A stretch of DNA of 35,358 nt from an uncultured Anaerolineales bacterium (GCA_964354185.1 CAYGZE010000003.1:1-35358); one strand, 5' to 3'. Positions 7,905 through 15,951 are shown, counted from the first letter of the stretch. Notes: a model not told the origin generated them from the sequence alone. Numbers and translations: made by a program.

Positions 7905-8998
7905 GGGTGATGACGGCTCCGTTTCCTCGGATCGGTCCTGTGCCCCGGCGGCGGACCTTGGGGTCCCCGCGCCGCCCGGTCCTCCCTGCCCTCGCGGCGC
8001 CGGTGCGAGCCCCGATGGCCGCGCTCCCCGCGAACGTCGCGCCCCCCGCGCGGGCCGCGATCCCCCCGAAAGTCGCGCTCCCCGCGTGCCGTAGGCCCCC
8101 GTCCGCGGCCCCTCGGCGCGACCTCGCGCCCGTGGACGCCGCGGCGCGGGCCGGCATGCGCGCCGCCGTGCGCGCCGGCGAGGTCCGGCCGAGGCTCCTG
8201 CCGCCCGACCGAGGGTGCTGGCGGCGGACCTTGGGTTCCTTGGACCGGGGGCGCCGCCGGGCGTGCCGGGCGCGGTTCCGCGGCCAGGCGCTTCAGGTAT
8301 TCTACCTCGTCGGGCACCAGGGGTCGAGCCCGGCCCGGCCCGACGCCCCGCAGGGTGATCCGGCCGATGCGCGTCCGCACCAGTTCGCGGACGGGGTGGC
8401 GAAGGCGGGCGAGCATGCGGCGAATCTGGCGGTTGCGCCCCTCGCGGATCGTGATCTCCAGGAGCGACCGCGTGTGGCCCCGCTTCAGCGCCTCGACGCG
8501 GGCGGGGCGGGTCCTGCCCTCGGCAAGACGCATGCCGCCCGCCAGGCGCCGGATCTCCTCGCCGCTGACCCTGCCCGCGACCGTCGCGACGTAGGTCTTG
8601 GGCACCTCGTACCGCGGATGGGCCAGCAGGTTGGCGAACTCGCCATCGTTCGTCATGAGGAGCAGGCCCTTCGAGTCGGCGTCCAGCCGTCCGACCGGGA
8701 ACAGCCGGGCCCGGGTGTAAGGTGCCATCAGGTCGATGGGGCGCGGGCGGCCGGCCGGGTCGAGGTTCGTGCACACGACGCCCTTGGGCTTGTTCAGGAG
8801 CCAGTACTCCGGCCGCTCGGCGTGGATGTGCCGACCGTCGAGCCGGACGTCCTGTTGCGCGAGGTCAGCCTTCGTGCCCGGCTCGGTCACCACCTTCCCG
8901 TCGATCGTCACGCGGCCGTCGGCGATGATCTCCTCCGACACGCGGCGCGACGCGACGCCGGCGTGGGCCAGGATTTTCTGGAGCCGCTCGAGGGCCAT
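7901..8998 (-). CDS. rluB: rRNA pseudouridine synthase (RluB/RsuA family) with S4 domain and Arg/Gly-rich C-terminal tail
   Basis: MALERLQKILAHAGVASRR, LLNKPKG, FPVGRLDADSKGLLLMTNDG, EGRNRQIRRM. The stop overlaps the thiC start (ATGA). Confidence 0.92.
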   Translation of the reverse strand: MALERLQKILAHAGVASRRVSEEIIADGRVTIDGKVVTEPGTKADLAQQDVRLDGRHIHAERPEYWLLNKPKGVVCTNLDPAGRPRPIDLMAPYTRARLFPVGRLDADSKGLLLMTNDGEFANLLAHPRYEVPKTYVATVAGRVSGEEIRRLAGGMRLAEGRTRPARVEALKRGHTRSLLEITIREGRNRQIRRMLARLRHPVRELVRTRIGRITLRGVGPGRARPLVPDEVEYLKRLAAEPRPARPAAPPVQGTQGPPPAPSVGRQEPRPDLAGAHGGAHAGPRRGVHGREVAPRGRGRGPTARGERDFRGDRGPRGGRDVRGERGHRGSHRRREGREDRAARGPQGPPPGHRTDPRKRSRHHP

Positions 8999-9026
8999 GG
9001 CCGTCCCAGACTCTATCCGACAGGGC

Positions 9027-10031
9027 CTACTGTGTGGGGGCCTTACCCGGAGGGGCCGCAATCAGCACCTCCAGGGCCCCCTGGGTCTCGAAGACGTACT
9101 CGCCCGCGTCGGCGGGCACGAGGACGGTGTCGCCGGCGGCGATCGCCAGGGACTCGCCATCGGCGACGACGCGGCCCTCGCCGCCGATAACGACGAGGGC
9201 GGCAAAAGCGCCGTCGGTCTCGCCAGCCCAGGGCCTGCGGTCGAGGCGCATGCGGCTCAGGGAGAAGGCGGGGCAGTCCACGAGGTGATCGACGTGGAGG
9301 CCGGTCTCCTCGGCGGTCTTGCCCCGGCCGCCCGAGGGGGGCTCGTCGCCCGAGAAGTCGATCGCCTCGAGCGCCTCGCGGACCTGGAGCGGGCGCGGCT
9401 TGCCGTCCTCGCCGGGGCGGTCCCAGTCATAGAGCCGATAGGTGAGGTCCGAGTTCTGCTGCACCTCGGCCAGGAGGACCCCCGGTCCGATCGCGTGGAC
9501 GACTCCCGCGGGGACCCAAACGAAGTCGCCCGCCTGGACGGGCCGCCGCACGAGGCATTCCTCCGCGCGGCCGGCCTCGACGGCCTCCCTCAGGCGGCGG
9601 CGCGTCGTGCCCGGCGCGAGGCCCCGGATCAGCCAAGCGTCTGGCTCGGCGTGCAGTACGACCCAGCACTCGGTCTTGCCTGTGTCGCCGCCGGCATGGG
9701 CGGCCGCGTAGGCGTCGTTCGGATGGACCTGGACGCTGAGGCGGTCGGACGCGTCGATGAACTTCACGAGGAGGCCGAACCGTTCGGCCCAGCGGCGTGC
9801 GGCCAGGTCGCGGCCAACGATGGCCGGCCCGTGGCGGCTGAGGACCTCGCGGAGCGTTCGGCCCGCCAGGGGTCCGACGGCCACGCGGCTCGTGCCGTGA
9901 GGATGGTCGGCGAGTTCCCAGGACTCGCCGATGCGGCGGCCCTTGGCGGCGGTCTTGCCGAGGAGTTCGGCCAGGCGCGTCCCGCCCCAGATCTTCTCCT
10001 TCAGCACGGGCTCCATCTTCAGAGGTTGCAC
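9027..10031 (-). CDS. manA: Class I mannose-6-phosphate isomerase
   Basis: KEKIWGG, IGESWE, LVKFIDA.DRLSVQVHP.D, GKTECW, PAGVVHAIG, EVQQNSDLTYRLYDWDR. Probable start is GTG 10031. Confidence 0.92.
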   Translation of the reverse strand: MQPLKMEPVLKEKIWGGTRLAELLGKTAAKGRRIGESWELADHPHGTSRVAVGPLAGRTLREVLSRHGPAIVGRDLAARRWAERFGLLVKFIDASDRLSVQVHPNDAYAAAHAGGDTGKTECWVVLHAEPDAWLIRGLAPGTTRRRLREAVEAGRAEECLVRRPVQAGDFVWVPAGVVHAIGPGVLLAEVQQNSDLTYRLYDWDRPGEDGKPRPLQVREALEAIDFSGDEPPSGGRGKTAEETGLHVDHLVDCPAFSLSRMRLDRRPWAGETDGAFAALVVIGGEGRVVADGESLAIAAGDTVLVPADAGEYVFETQGALEVLIAAPPGKAPTQ

Positions 10032-10078
10032 GCCTTGCCCCCGGCCGGAGTGAACTGCGGCACATCCCAAAGAGCCGG

Positions 10079-10087
10079 ATTATAGCA
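10079..10087 (-). promoter_or_regulatory. Extended -10 element TGCTATAAT upstream of manA-rluB-thiC
   Basis: Perfect TGnTATAAT on the minus strand about 48 nt upstream of GTG 10031, in about 70% GC DNA. Confidence 0.6.
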
Positions 10088-10137
10088 CGGGGACCCATGC
10101 GCAGGAAGCGTTTTCGCCGCACCTCCTGGAAACGGCA

Positions 10138-10167
10138 GGGAGGGCCCTCCCCCGGAGGGGCCCTCCC
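10138..10167. repeat. 30-bp palindromic repeat, copy 1 (GGGAGGGCCCTCCCCCGGAGGGGCCCTCCC), hairpin/terminator-like
   Basis: 10-bp arms GGGAGGGCCC/GGGCCCTCCC; 29/30 identical to 10380-10409. Confidence 0.8.
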
Positions 10168-10199
10168 GTCTTCCGTCCGCCCTATCGTGCCCGCTTGTT

Positions 10200-10361
10200 C
10201 TACTTCCTGCGCCGGCGGGCCAGGAGGCCCGCAGCGCCCAAACCGAGAAGCGCCAGCGTCGCCGGCTCGGGCGTGTACGTGACGGTGCCCCGCTGGACGC
10301 CGTCGCCCCAGCCGCCGCGGTAGAACAGCACCGCGTGACGGTGATCCGCCTCGCGCCCCAT
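10200..10361 (-). CDS. 53-aa mini PEP-CTERM ORF without signal peptide (possible remnant)
   Basis: Manual translation MGREADHRHAVLFYRGGWGDGVQRGTVTYTPEPATLALLGLGAAGLLARRRRK*; GGGAGG RBS 7 nt before ATG 10361; below the apparent ORF-track size cut-off. Confidence 0.65.
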   Translation of the reverse strand: MGREADHRHAVLFYRGGWGDGVQRGTVTYTPEPATLALLGLGAAGLLARRRRK

Positions 10362-10379
10362 CTCAAGGCCTCCCGCGCG

Positions 10380-10409
10380 GGGAGGGCCCTCCCCCGGCGG
10401 GGCCCTCCC
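10380..10409. repeat. 30-bp palindromic repeat, copy 2 (GGGAGGGCCCTCCCCCGGCGGGGCCCTCCC)
   Basis: Lies just downstream of the PEP-CTERM gene ending at 10434; near-identical to copy 1. Confidence 0.8.
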
Positions 10410-10433
10410 CTTGCGCGGTCGCGCCGGCTACGG

Positions 10434-11204
10434 CTACTTCCTGCGGCGGCGGGCCAGGAGGCCTGCCACACCCAGCCCCATCAGCGCAAGGGTGGCCGGC
10501 TCGGGCGTGATGACGAACGCCAGGTCCCGCGGCACGCCGTTGATGTAGATGGGCTCCCAGGGAGGAGCCCCGGCGGGGACGTCCCTCCAGACGGCCCAGT
10601 CCTCGAAGTGCTGAAGCGACGTCTTCCAGCCCAGTTGCACCGGCGCCGTGCCCCCGGGGGAGATGGCAACGACGGAGAGATCCAGCCAGTAGATGTTGCC
10701 CTCCTGCTGCGCGAACGGGTCGCGGATGTTCACGATGTTGGCCTGGTAGATCAACTGGTGGTTCGCCGGCAGCATCTCCCCGGTGTTCGGGTTATACCAC
10801 CCCTGATCGCCCGTACCCCAATCGCGAACGGTGAACAAGGCGGGGCTGAAGTCCCGCTCCCAGCGCAGCGCGCCGGGCCGGCTGAAATCGGGGTTCGTCC
10901 GGTCATCGTCGTGGATGCTCACGTGGATGTTCTGGATCGCGAACGGCTGGTCATACCACGACGAGAACCAGAAGTGGATGTCCGAGACGGGCCCCGTCTC
11001 GGTGCACTTCCAGTCGTCGGCCAGGACCTTCGGCTGCCCGAAGTAGACATCCCAGCCGAACGGATCGGGCATCTGCGGGAAGTGCATCTTGTGGTTGGTC
11101 GCCAGCATTGGGTCCGCCGCGTTCGGGTCCCAATGCGCGTGTGCTGCCGCCGTCAGCATCAGGACGGCGAGTCCAGCCAGTGCCAATGTCGCTGCGCGTC
11201 TCAT
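10434..11204 (-). CDS. PEP-CTERM sorting-domain surface protein
   Basis: AAAAGGAGG RBS and ATG 11204; signal peptide (AAAHA|); HKMHFPQMPDP.GWDV and ADDW.C..TGP..DIHFW domain; C-terminal TPEPATLALMGLGVAGLLARRRRK. Confidence 0.9.
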   Translation of the reverse strand: MRRAATLALAGLAVLMLTAAAHAHWDPNAADPMLATNHKMHFPQMPDPFGWDVYFGQPKVLADDWKCTETGPVSDIHFWFSSWYDQPFAIQNIHVSIHDDDRTNPDFSRPGALRWERDFSPALFTVRDWGTGDQGWYNPNTGEMLPANHQLIYQANIVNIRDPFAQQEGNIYWLDLSVVAISPGGTAPVQLGWKTSLQHFEDWAVWRDVPAGAPPWEPIYINGVPRDLAFVITPEPATLALMGLGVAGLLARRRRK

Positions 11205-11340
11205 GCTATGCCTCCTTTTCCGGCCTCTCGGGTCGCGACCATTCGCGACCCCCTCCCCCTGTCCTCCCTCGCTCAAGTTCAGACACCCGAAGAAGCGCCC
11301 TGGAGACCGCTCACGGTGCACGTCGCCCCTCTTGACTTCG

Positions 11341-12162
11341 CTACCTCCTGTTCCTGCTGCGGCGGGCCAGGAGGCCCGCCAGTCCCATCCCCAGGAACGC
11401 CAGGGTCGCCGGCTCGGGCACGACGAGGCTCTTGTCCTTGCTGATGAGGTACGCGTCGCCCGGCTCCAGGCGGAAGTCCCACTGGAACGCCCACGTCGCG
11501 TCGCCGGAGGCCTCGGTCTGGCTCGAGTTGAGCATGGTCGGCGACCCATCGTTCAGGCTCAGCAGAATGTCGGGGAAGGCGCTGGCCTGGAACCTCGTCG
11601 GCGCCGGCGTCACGACGGTCTCGGCGGCCGTCACGCCCGCCCACGTCTGGGTCGCCGTGTTCCCGCCGTGGATGACCACGGCGTCGTCATAGAGGTACCC
11701 GCTCAGGTCGAAGTCGACGTACTGGAAGAAGTGCACGTCCTGCGGGGCGTCGCCTTCGTTGACGATCCGGATGACCTCCGTGAGGTCGGCCCCGCCGCTC
11801 GCCGGCGTGCCGCCGACCAGGGAGTAGACGGTCTCGATCCGGAGGTTAACATCCGTGTACTTCAGGCGCAGGAAGTCCGGGAGGCCCTCGCCCGTGGTGT
11901 CGAGGACCGTGACCGTCGGCGCCCCGAGCGTGTCGATCGAACTCTCGCCGCCTCCGTCCCCGATCCGATACCAGAACCACTGCCGGGCGAGGTAACTCGT
12001 GTCGCCGACGTACCAGGCAAACATCCCGGCGTCGGAGTCCGTCAGGAACTGGGCCGTCGAGTTCCCGTCCGCGAGCGTGATCAGCCCCGCCGACGCCGGA
12101 CAGGCCGCCGCCAGCAGAACCAGCCCCAGACCCGCCGCCAACACCGTCGTTGTGGTGCGCAT
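11341..12162 (-). CDS. PEP-CTERM sorting-domain surface protein
   Basis: GGAGGAGG RBS and ATG 12162; signal peptide; QWFWYRIG and HFFQYVDFDL motifs; C-terminal VPEPATLAFLGMGLAGLLARRSRNRR. Confidence 0.9.
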   Translation of the reverse strand: MRTTTTVLAAGLGLVLLAAACPASAGLITLADGNSTAQFLTDSDAGMFAWYVGDTSYLARQWFWYRIGDGGGESSIDTLGAPTVTVLDTTGEGLPDFLRLKYTDVNLRIETVYSLVGGTPASGGADLTEVIRIVNEGDAPQDVHFFQYVDFDLSGYLYDDAVVIHGGNTATQTWAGVTAAETVVTPAPTRFQASAFPDILLSLNDGSPTMLNSSQTEASGDATWAFQWDFRLEPGDAYLISKDKSLVVPEPATLAFLGMGLAGLLARRSRNRR

Positions 12163-12288
12163 ACCACCCCTCCTCCGTTCCGTTTGCCCGCATGCACTCC
12201 CGAGCACGCACCGGGCGCGTCTGCCGTCCACGAGACGGCCTCCGCAGTCCTGGTGCCCGCGTTGTCTCCCGCCCCTGGCTGCCTCCTG

Positions 12289-13164
12289 CTATCTCCTCTT
12301 TCTCCGGCCCCTGTGGACCGCCAACCCGACGAAACCCAGCCCCACGAGCGCCAGGGTCGCCGGCTCAGGCAGGATCGTCGCCGAGCCCATCAGGCTCATG
12401 TCCACGCCGGGCGACCCGATCTGGGTCGCGACGCCCGTCGCGACATCGAGCGAGTACACGAGGCCGGGGAAGTTGCCGATGCCGTACATCGCGCCGGACA
12501 CGTGGTCGTACCAGAGGTCAGTGATGCGCTCCTGCCCGGCAGGGCCCACCAGGGCGGCCGCGCCCGTCTCCGGGTTGATGAGGTACGTGTCTGCCGCGAA
12601 CGATCGGACCGTCTGGCCTGGTTGGGTGGTCTCGCGGTGTGCGACGCCGACAAACTGGCCGATCGCCGGATCGTAAACCATGGCCCACATGTTCATGCCC
12701 GTCAGGCCCGGATTGTGCGGGCCCACGACCGTGCCGACAGCGGTCGCCGGGTCGACCTGGTAGAGGTAGGTGTAATCGGTCCCGTAGAGGACGCCCGCGG
12801 CCTCGTCTAGCGCGAGTTCCCGCAACCTCAGGGGCGTCCCTCCCGGCGACGCAAACGGGCCGATCAGGACGGCCTGGAGGCTGACCAGGTCGATCCAGTA
12901 CAGGTTCGCGTCGCCGCTGGCGTAGAAGCCGTCGCCAGTCAGGCTCTCCGCGGCCCCCATCCAGACGTCCCCCCGCTGGGTGATCTCGGGCGTCTCGAAC
13001 AGGATCGACGCCGTCGACGCGCCCACGTCCAGGACGTAGACGCCCTCCCGATAGGGTGTGACGGACCGATCGGACCCGACGGCGTAGACAAGCCCCGCCT
13101 GGGCCTGGGCAGCCAGGGCCGCCACGAGGACCACGGTCACGATGGCCGAGCGTGCGACGCTCAT
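12289..13164 (-). CDS. PEP-CTERM protein with beta-propeller-like repeats
   Basis: Signal peptide AQAQA|G; repeats LYWIDLVS, LYQVDPATA, YLINPETGA, YSLDVATG; C-terminal LPEPATLALVGLGFVGLAVHRGRRKRR. Confidence 0.88.
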   Translation of the reverse strand: MSVARSAIVTVVLVAALAAQAQAGLVYAVGSDRSVTPYREGVYVLDVGASTASILFETPEITQRGDVWMGAAESLTGDGFYASGDANLYWIDLVSLQAVLIGPFASPGGTPLRLRELALDEAAGVLYGTDYTYLYQVDPATAVGTVVGPHNPGLTGMNMWAMVYDPAIGQFVGVAHRETTQPGQTVRSFAADTYLINPETGAAALVGPAGQERITDLWYDHVSGAMYGIGNFPGLVYSLDVATGVATQIGSPGVDMSLMGSATILPEPATLALVGLGFVGLAVHRGRRKRR

Positions 13165-13287
13165 CCTCTACCCCCTTCCATGGGAACCCGTTTCCACACG
13201 CACACAGCGTCGCACCTTCTCACGCCCCGACGGCACGTCGCCCGGTGCGGCCGCAACGTGCCGGCGATCCTCCGGCTTTCCCTGCGG

Positions 13288-13701
13288 TCACCCTCGCTTG
13301 CGCCGCAGCACGATCATGGCGGCCGCGCCAAGCCCCATCAGGGCAAGCGTCGCGGGCTCCGGGATCGGCACCAGCAGAAACGCGCGCTCTTCGCCGACAG
13401 CGTTAACGCCCGACGCCAGGCTCTCGCCGCCCCCTAGGGACCCGATGGGCTGGATCGCGCCGGCGTAAACGAAGGCGACCGGCGGCCCGTTGGTGCCCCC
13501 CGGGTCGAGCGCCTGGCAGTAGCCGACGCCGCCGCCGTTGTTCAGGTCGTAGGCGAACGTCAGGCTCGACACGACATCGCCTGTGAAGAGGGTGCCGAGG
13601 TCGGTGGCCGTGTACTCGACGCCGCCCGCGGCCGGACCGGCCGCCAGTGCAAGTCCCAGAATGCCAAGCCACCTCATGCGGATCGGCGTGCAGGAGAACA
13701 T
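13288..13701 (-). CDS. Short PEP-CTERM protein with HAF-type extracellular repeat fragments (probably internally deleted)
   Basis: GGAGGGGG RBS and ATG 13701; YTATDLGTL, AYDLNNGG, IGSLGGGESLASGVN, RAFLLVPIPEPATLALMGLG..RRKRG. Confidence 0.75.
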   Translation of the reverse strand: MFSCTPIRMRWLGILGLALAAGPAAGGVEYTATDLGTLFTGDVVSSLTFAYDLNNGGGVGYCQALDPGGTNGPPVAFVYAGAIQPIGSLGGGESLASGVNAVGEERAFLLVPIPEPATLALMGLGAAAMIVLRRKRG

Positions 13702-14125
13702 GCCCCCTCCTCTTGTCTCGTTCACCGTCGCCCGCTGGTCGTCATTACCGGGGGCCCGGCCCTCGCCGGCCCGGACCCCCGTCCTGCCCCGGCTGTGCGG
13801 CCACAGGACGTAACCGCACAGGCAACCACATCCTGCCGCGAGGTCCTCCGGTTAGCCGGCCTCGGCGGCCTGAAGTGCTCCTCGATTCGCCCGCCCCGCG
13901 CGCGGCCGCTCGTTCGGCTCATCGCGCACGGCGCCATCGCACAGGGGCAGACGCCATTCGCCGGTATCGCACGTCCCTAGAGAGCCGCGCACCCGTCGCG
14001 TCCCGTCCTGCTGCTGCGCGGCCGTCTCTCGCTCTCCTGCGCTCTCGCCAGCCCCAGCAGGGCCGGTCACAATGGTGGGACCCGCGGGGCGCTCGCACCG
14101 CGTGCGGTGCCGTCGGGGCCCGCCG

Positions 14126-14371
14126 TCAGTCCAGCATCTTTCGAAGAACGCGGTTCTCGCGCTTCGTCGCGTCCAGGTCGAACATCAGGTACTTAATGGC
14201 AAGGCTCAGGTGATCGAGGTTGTCTTCCAGGCGGCCCATCTCCTTGCGGATGCTCGCGGGGGCGGCCTCCACCTTGGCGGCATCGGCCACCAGGACATTC
14301 GCCCCACCGCGATGCAGCCGGACCGCAGACAGCAGTTGGTCGATCTTCTCCTGGAGAACGGTCTCGTCCAT
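14126..14371 (-). CDS. Small conserved coiled-coil protein (planctomycete-type, LD.L.L.IKYL.FDL.AT.REN..LR motif)
   Basis: GGAGGGG RBS and ATG 14371; C-terminal LEDNLDHLSLAIKYLMFDLDATKRENRVLRKML recalled as a conserved planctomycete small-protein signature. Confidence 0.8.
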   Translation of the reverse strand: MDETVLQEKIDQLLSAVRLHRGGANVLVADAAKVEAAPASIRKEMGRLEDNLDHLSLAIKYLMFDLDATKRENRVLRKMLD

Positions 14372-14457
14372 CGGTGTACCCCTCCGCATCAATGGCAGGT
14401 AGCCGCGAGACGCGGCGCTGCCGGCCGGTCAGCCGTTCAGCCCGTCGCACTTGACAG

Positions 14458-14473
14458 TGCAAAGGCCGTTCCA
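14458..14473 (-). promoter_or_regulatory. Putative sigma54 (-24/-12) promoter TGGAACGGCCTTTGCA
   Basis: GG-N10-GC spacing is exact and the sequence is close to the TGGCACG-N4-TTGCW consensus; about 87 nt upstream of ATG 14371, in a long intergenic region. Confidence 0.65.
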
Positions 14474-14888
14474 GATGGCATTGAGGTTTCTGAAAATGTT
14501 CGGACCGCGGCCCAGACACGCGCCGAGGGCCGTCGACGTGCCGTCCGTACCGAATATGCCGAGGGTGACGGTTGGGGTGTTGGTGCCGACCCGCCCGGGC
14601 GCGGCAACACGGCCGGTGGCGAACACAGGGGCTGCCTGCGGCAACTCCTTCCACGAACCCGAGTTGTCGTCACAAGCCGCGCTGTTCCTTCGAGGCAGCA
14701 CGGCCGGCCCGAAGGAACGCCCTCGGCACAGGCGTGTCATGCTGGGCGGACGATACGTACGGCGTCACGGGCGGAACAGGCGGCAAAGACGGCATACACG
14801 GGGCGCAGGCGCACGCGGGGGGACCGGCGGGCAGGGACCTCGGCATCGGGGGACGCGCGGGCGCGCCGTCGAGCGGCTCCGGGGCCGC

Positions 14889-15830
14889 CTAGCGCCCCGT
14901 GCCCGTCGTCAGGATGTGGACTACCAGTTCGGCCATCGTCACGAGGTCGAGGGCATTGTGATGAAGGATCGTCTGGAGCCGCCGCAGGCTTCGGGCGCGG
15001 CGGACGGCGTCATCCGCCTGGTGGGCCCGGACGAACTCGTGATAGGCGGCGGGGATGTCGCATCCCGGGATATCACCCGTCCGCTGGCGGCCGCAGACCA
15101 ACTGCTCAAGCGTCTGGAGGCGGCAGTTCGGCACCTTCGGCCGCCAGCGGCGGCGCGCCTCGTGCAACAAGTCCACGTGCGGGGGCAGCCGAAGCCCCTC
15201 GAAAAGCCCCCAGGTCATGCTCCGCATCTCGACCATCGGCAGGTCGAAGGCCTTGCCGTTAAACGTCACGAGGCAGCGCGCGTCCCGAAGCACGTCCCGG
15301 ACCGCCGCCAGGACCGCACGCTCCTCGGAGTAGTCGCGCGCCAGCAACTGCTCCACCACCAGCGTGCCCCGGCGATACCTCATCAGCCCCACGAGGAAGA
15401 TCGGCTCCCCTGCCAAGCCGCATGTCTCCAGGTCCAGGTACGTGATCCGCTCGGGGTCGGCAGCGACCAGGGGCCGCAGGGATTCGTGCAGGTCTTCCTC
15501 GCGGGGGGCCAAGGCGGCGCCCGAGAACGTCCGGCGGTATCGGTCCAGGAGGTCCTCGTTGGCCGGGGCCGCAGGGTCGCCAAGGTCCCTGAGCGGCAGC
15601 GCCACAAGGTCCTTGACGGGCCGGCGGATCTGGTAGAAGCAGCCCCCGGCGGCCTGGCATGGCTGACCGGGCACCAGGCGCTCCAGGGTCAGGTCCGCCG
15701 GGGCGGCGGGGCCGACCGGCGAGGCGTCCGCCCTGGCGGGGCCGAGGTGGTCGCCCGTCGTCACCTGTTCAGCCAACCGCTGGCGGTTCAGGCGGCTGAG
15801 GCGTTTGAAGAGGTCGGGCGAGAGCGCCAC
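14889..15830 (-). CDS. RNase H-like (YprB/RNase_H_2, DEDD) exonuclease
   Basis: YLDLETCG, LVTFNGKAFDLP, HVDLL..ARR.W, CRLQTLE, DIPG..IP..Y and HHNALDL motifs. GTG 15830 follows a GAGGG RBS. Confidence 0.85.
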   Translation of the reverse strand: MALSPDLFKRLSRLNRQRLAEQVTTGDHLGPARADASPVGPAAPADLTLERLVPGQPCQAAGGCFYQIRRPVKDLVALPLRDLGDPAAPANEDLLDRYRRTFSGAALAPREEDLHESLRPLVAADPERITYLDLETCGLAGEPIFLVGLMRYRRGTLVVEQLLARDYSEERAVLAAVRDVLRDARCLVTFNGKAFDLPMVEMRSMTWGLFEGLRLPPHVDLLHEARRRWRPKVPNCRLQTLEQLVCGRQRTGDIPGCDIPAAYHEFVRAHQADDAVRRARSLRRLQTILHHNALDLVTMAELVVHILTTGTGR

Positions 15831-15858
15831 GGTCGTTCCCTCGGGCCTGCCGGAGGCC

Positions 15859-15887
15859 ATTGTACCGGTCTGGCGTACCCAACACAA
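15859..15887 (-). promoter_or_regulatory. Putative sigma70 promoter TTGTGT-N17-TACAAT for the exonuclease
   Basis: Minus strand TTGTGT (15887-15882) and TACAAT (15864-15859). It overlaps ATG 15860, which favours the GTG 15830 start. Confidence 0.5.
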
Positions 15888-15951
15888 ACGGGCGAACCCG
15901 AAGGAACTCGGGCTCGCCCGTGCCTCTCCTGCCGCAGACCCGCCGTCAGGC

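Noticed and set aside
7905-8774. Apparent 290-aa N-terminal extension of ThiC
   Set aside because: Out-of-frame overlap with rluB; the real start is the ATGA-coupled ATG 7904.
10362-10436. Stop-codon read-through joining the 10434..11204 gene to the mini PEP-CTERM ORF
   Set aside because: Same frame, but two TAG stops and a hairpin intervene; there is no evidence for recoding.
12243-12258. Sigma54-like GGGCACCAGGACTGCG upstream of the PEP-CTERM gene starting at 12162
   Set aside because: Spacing is correct but there are several consensus mismatches, and no equivalent site before the other PEP-CTERM genes; likely chance in GC-rich DNA.
14429-14740. 103-aa minus-strand ORF in the intergenic region
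   Set aside because: No RBS or recognisable motif, atypical codon usage, and it overlaps the sigma54-like promoter.
14775-14815. GGCAAA...GGGCGCA resembling a c-di-GMP-I riboswitch
   Set aside because: Lacks the GAAA-capped P2 and the P3 stem, and points away from any downstream start codon.
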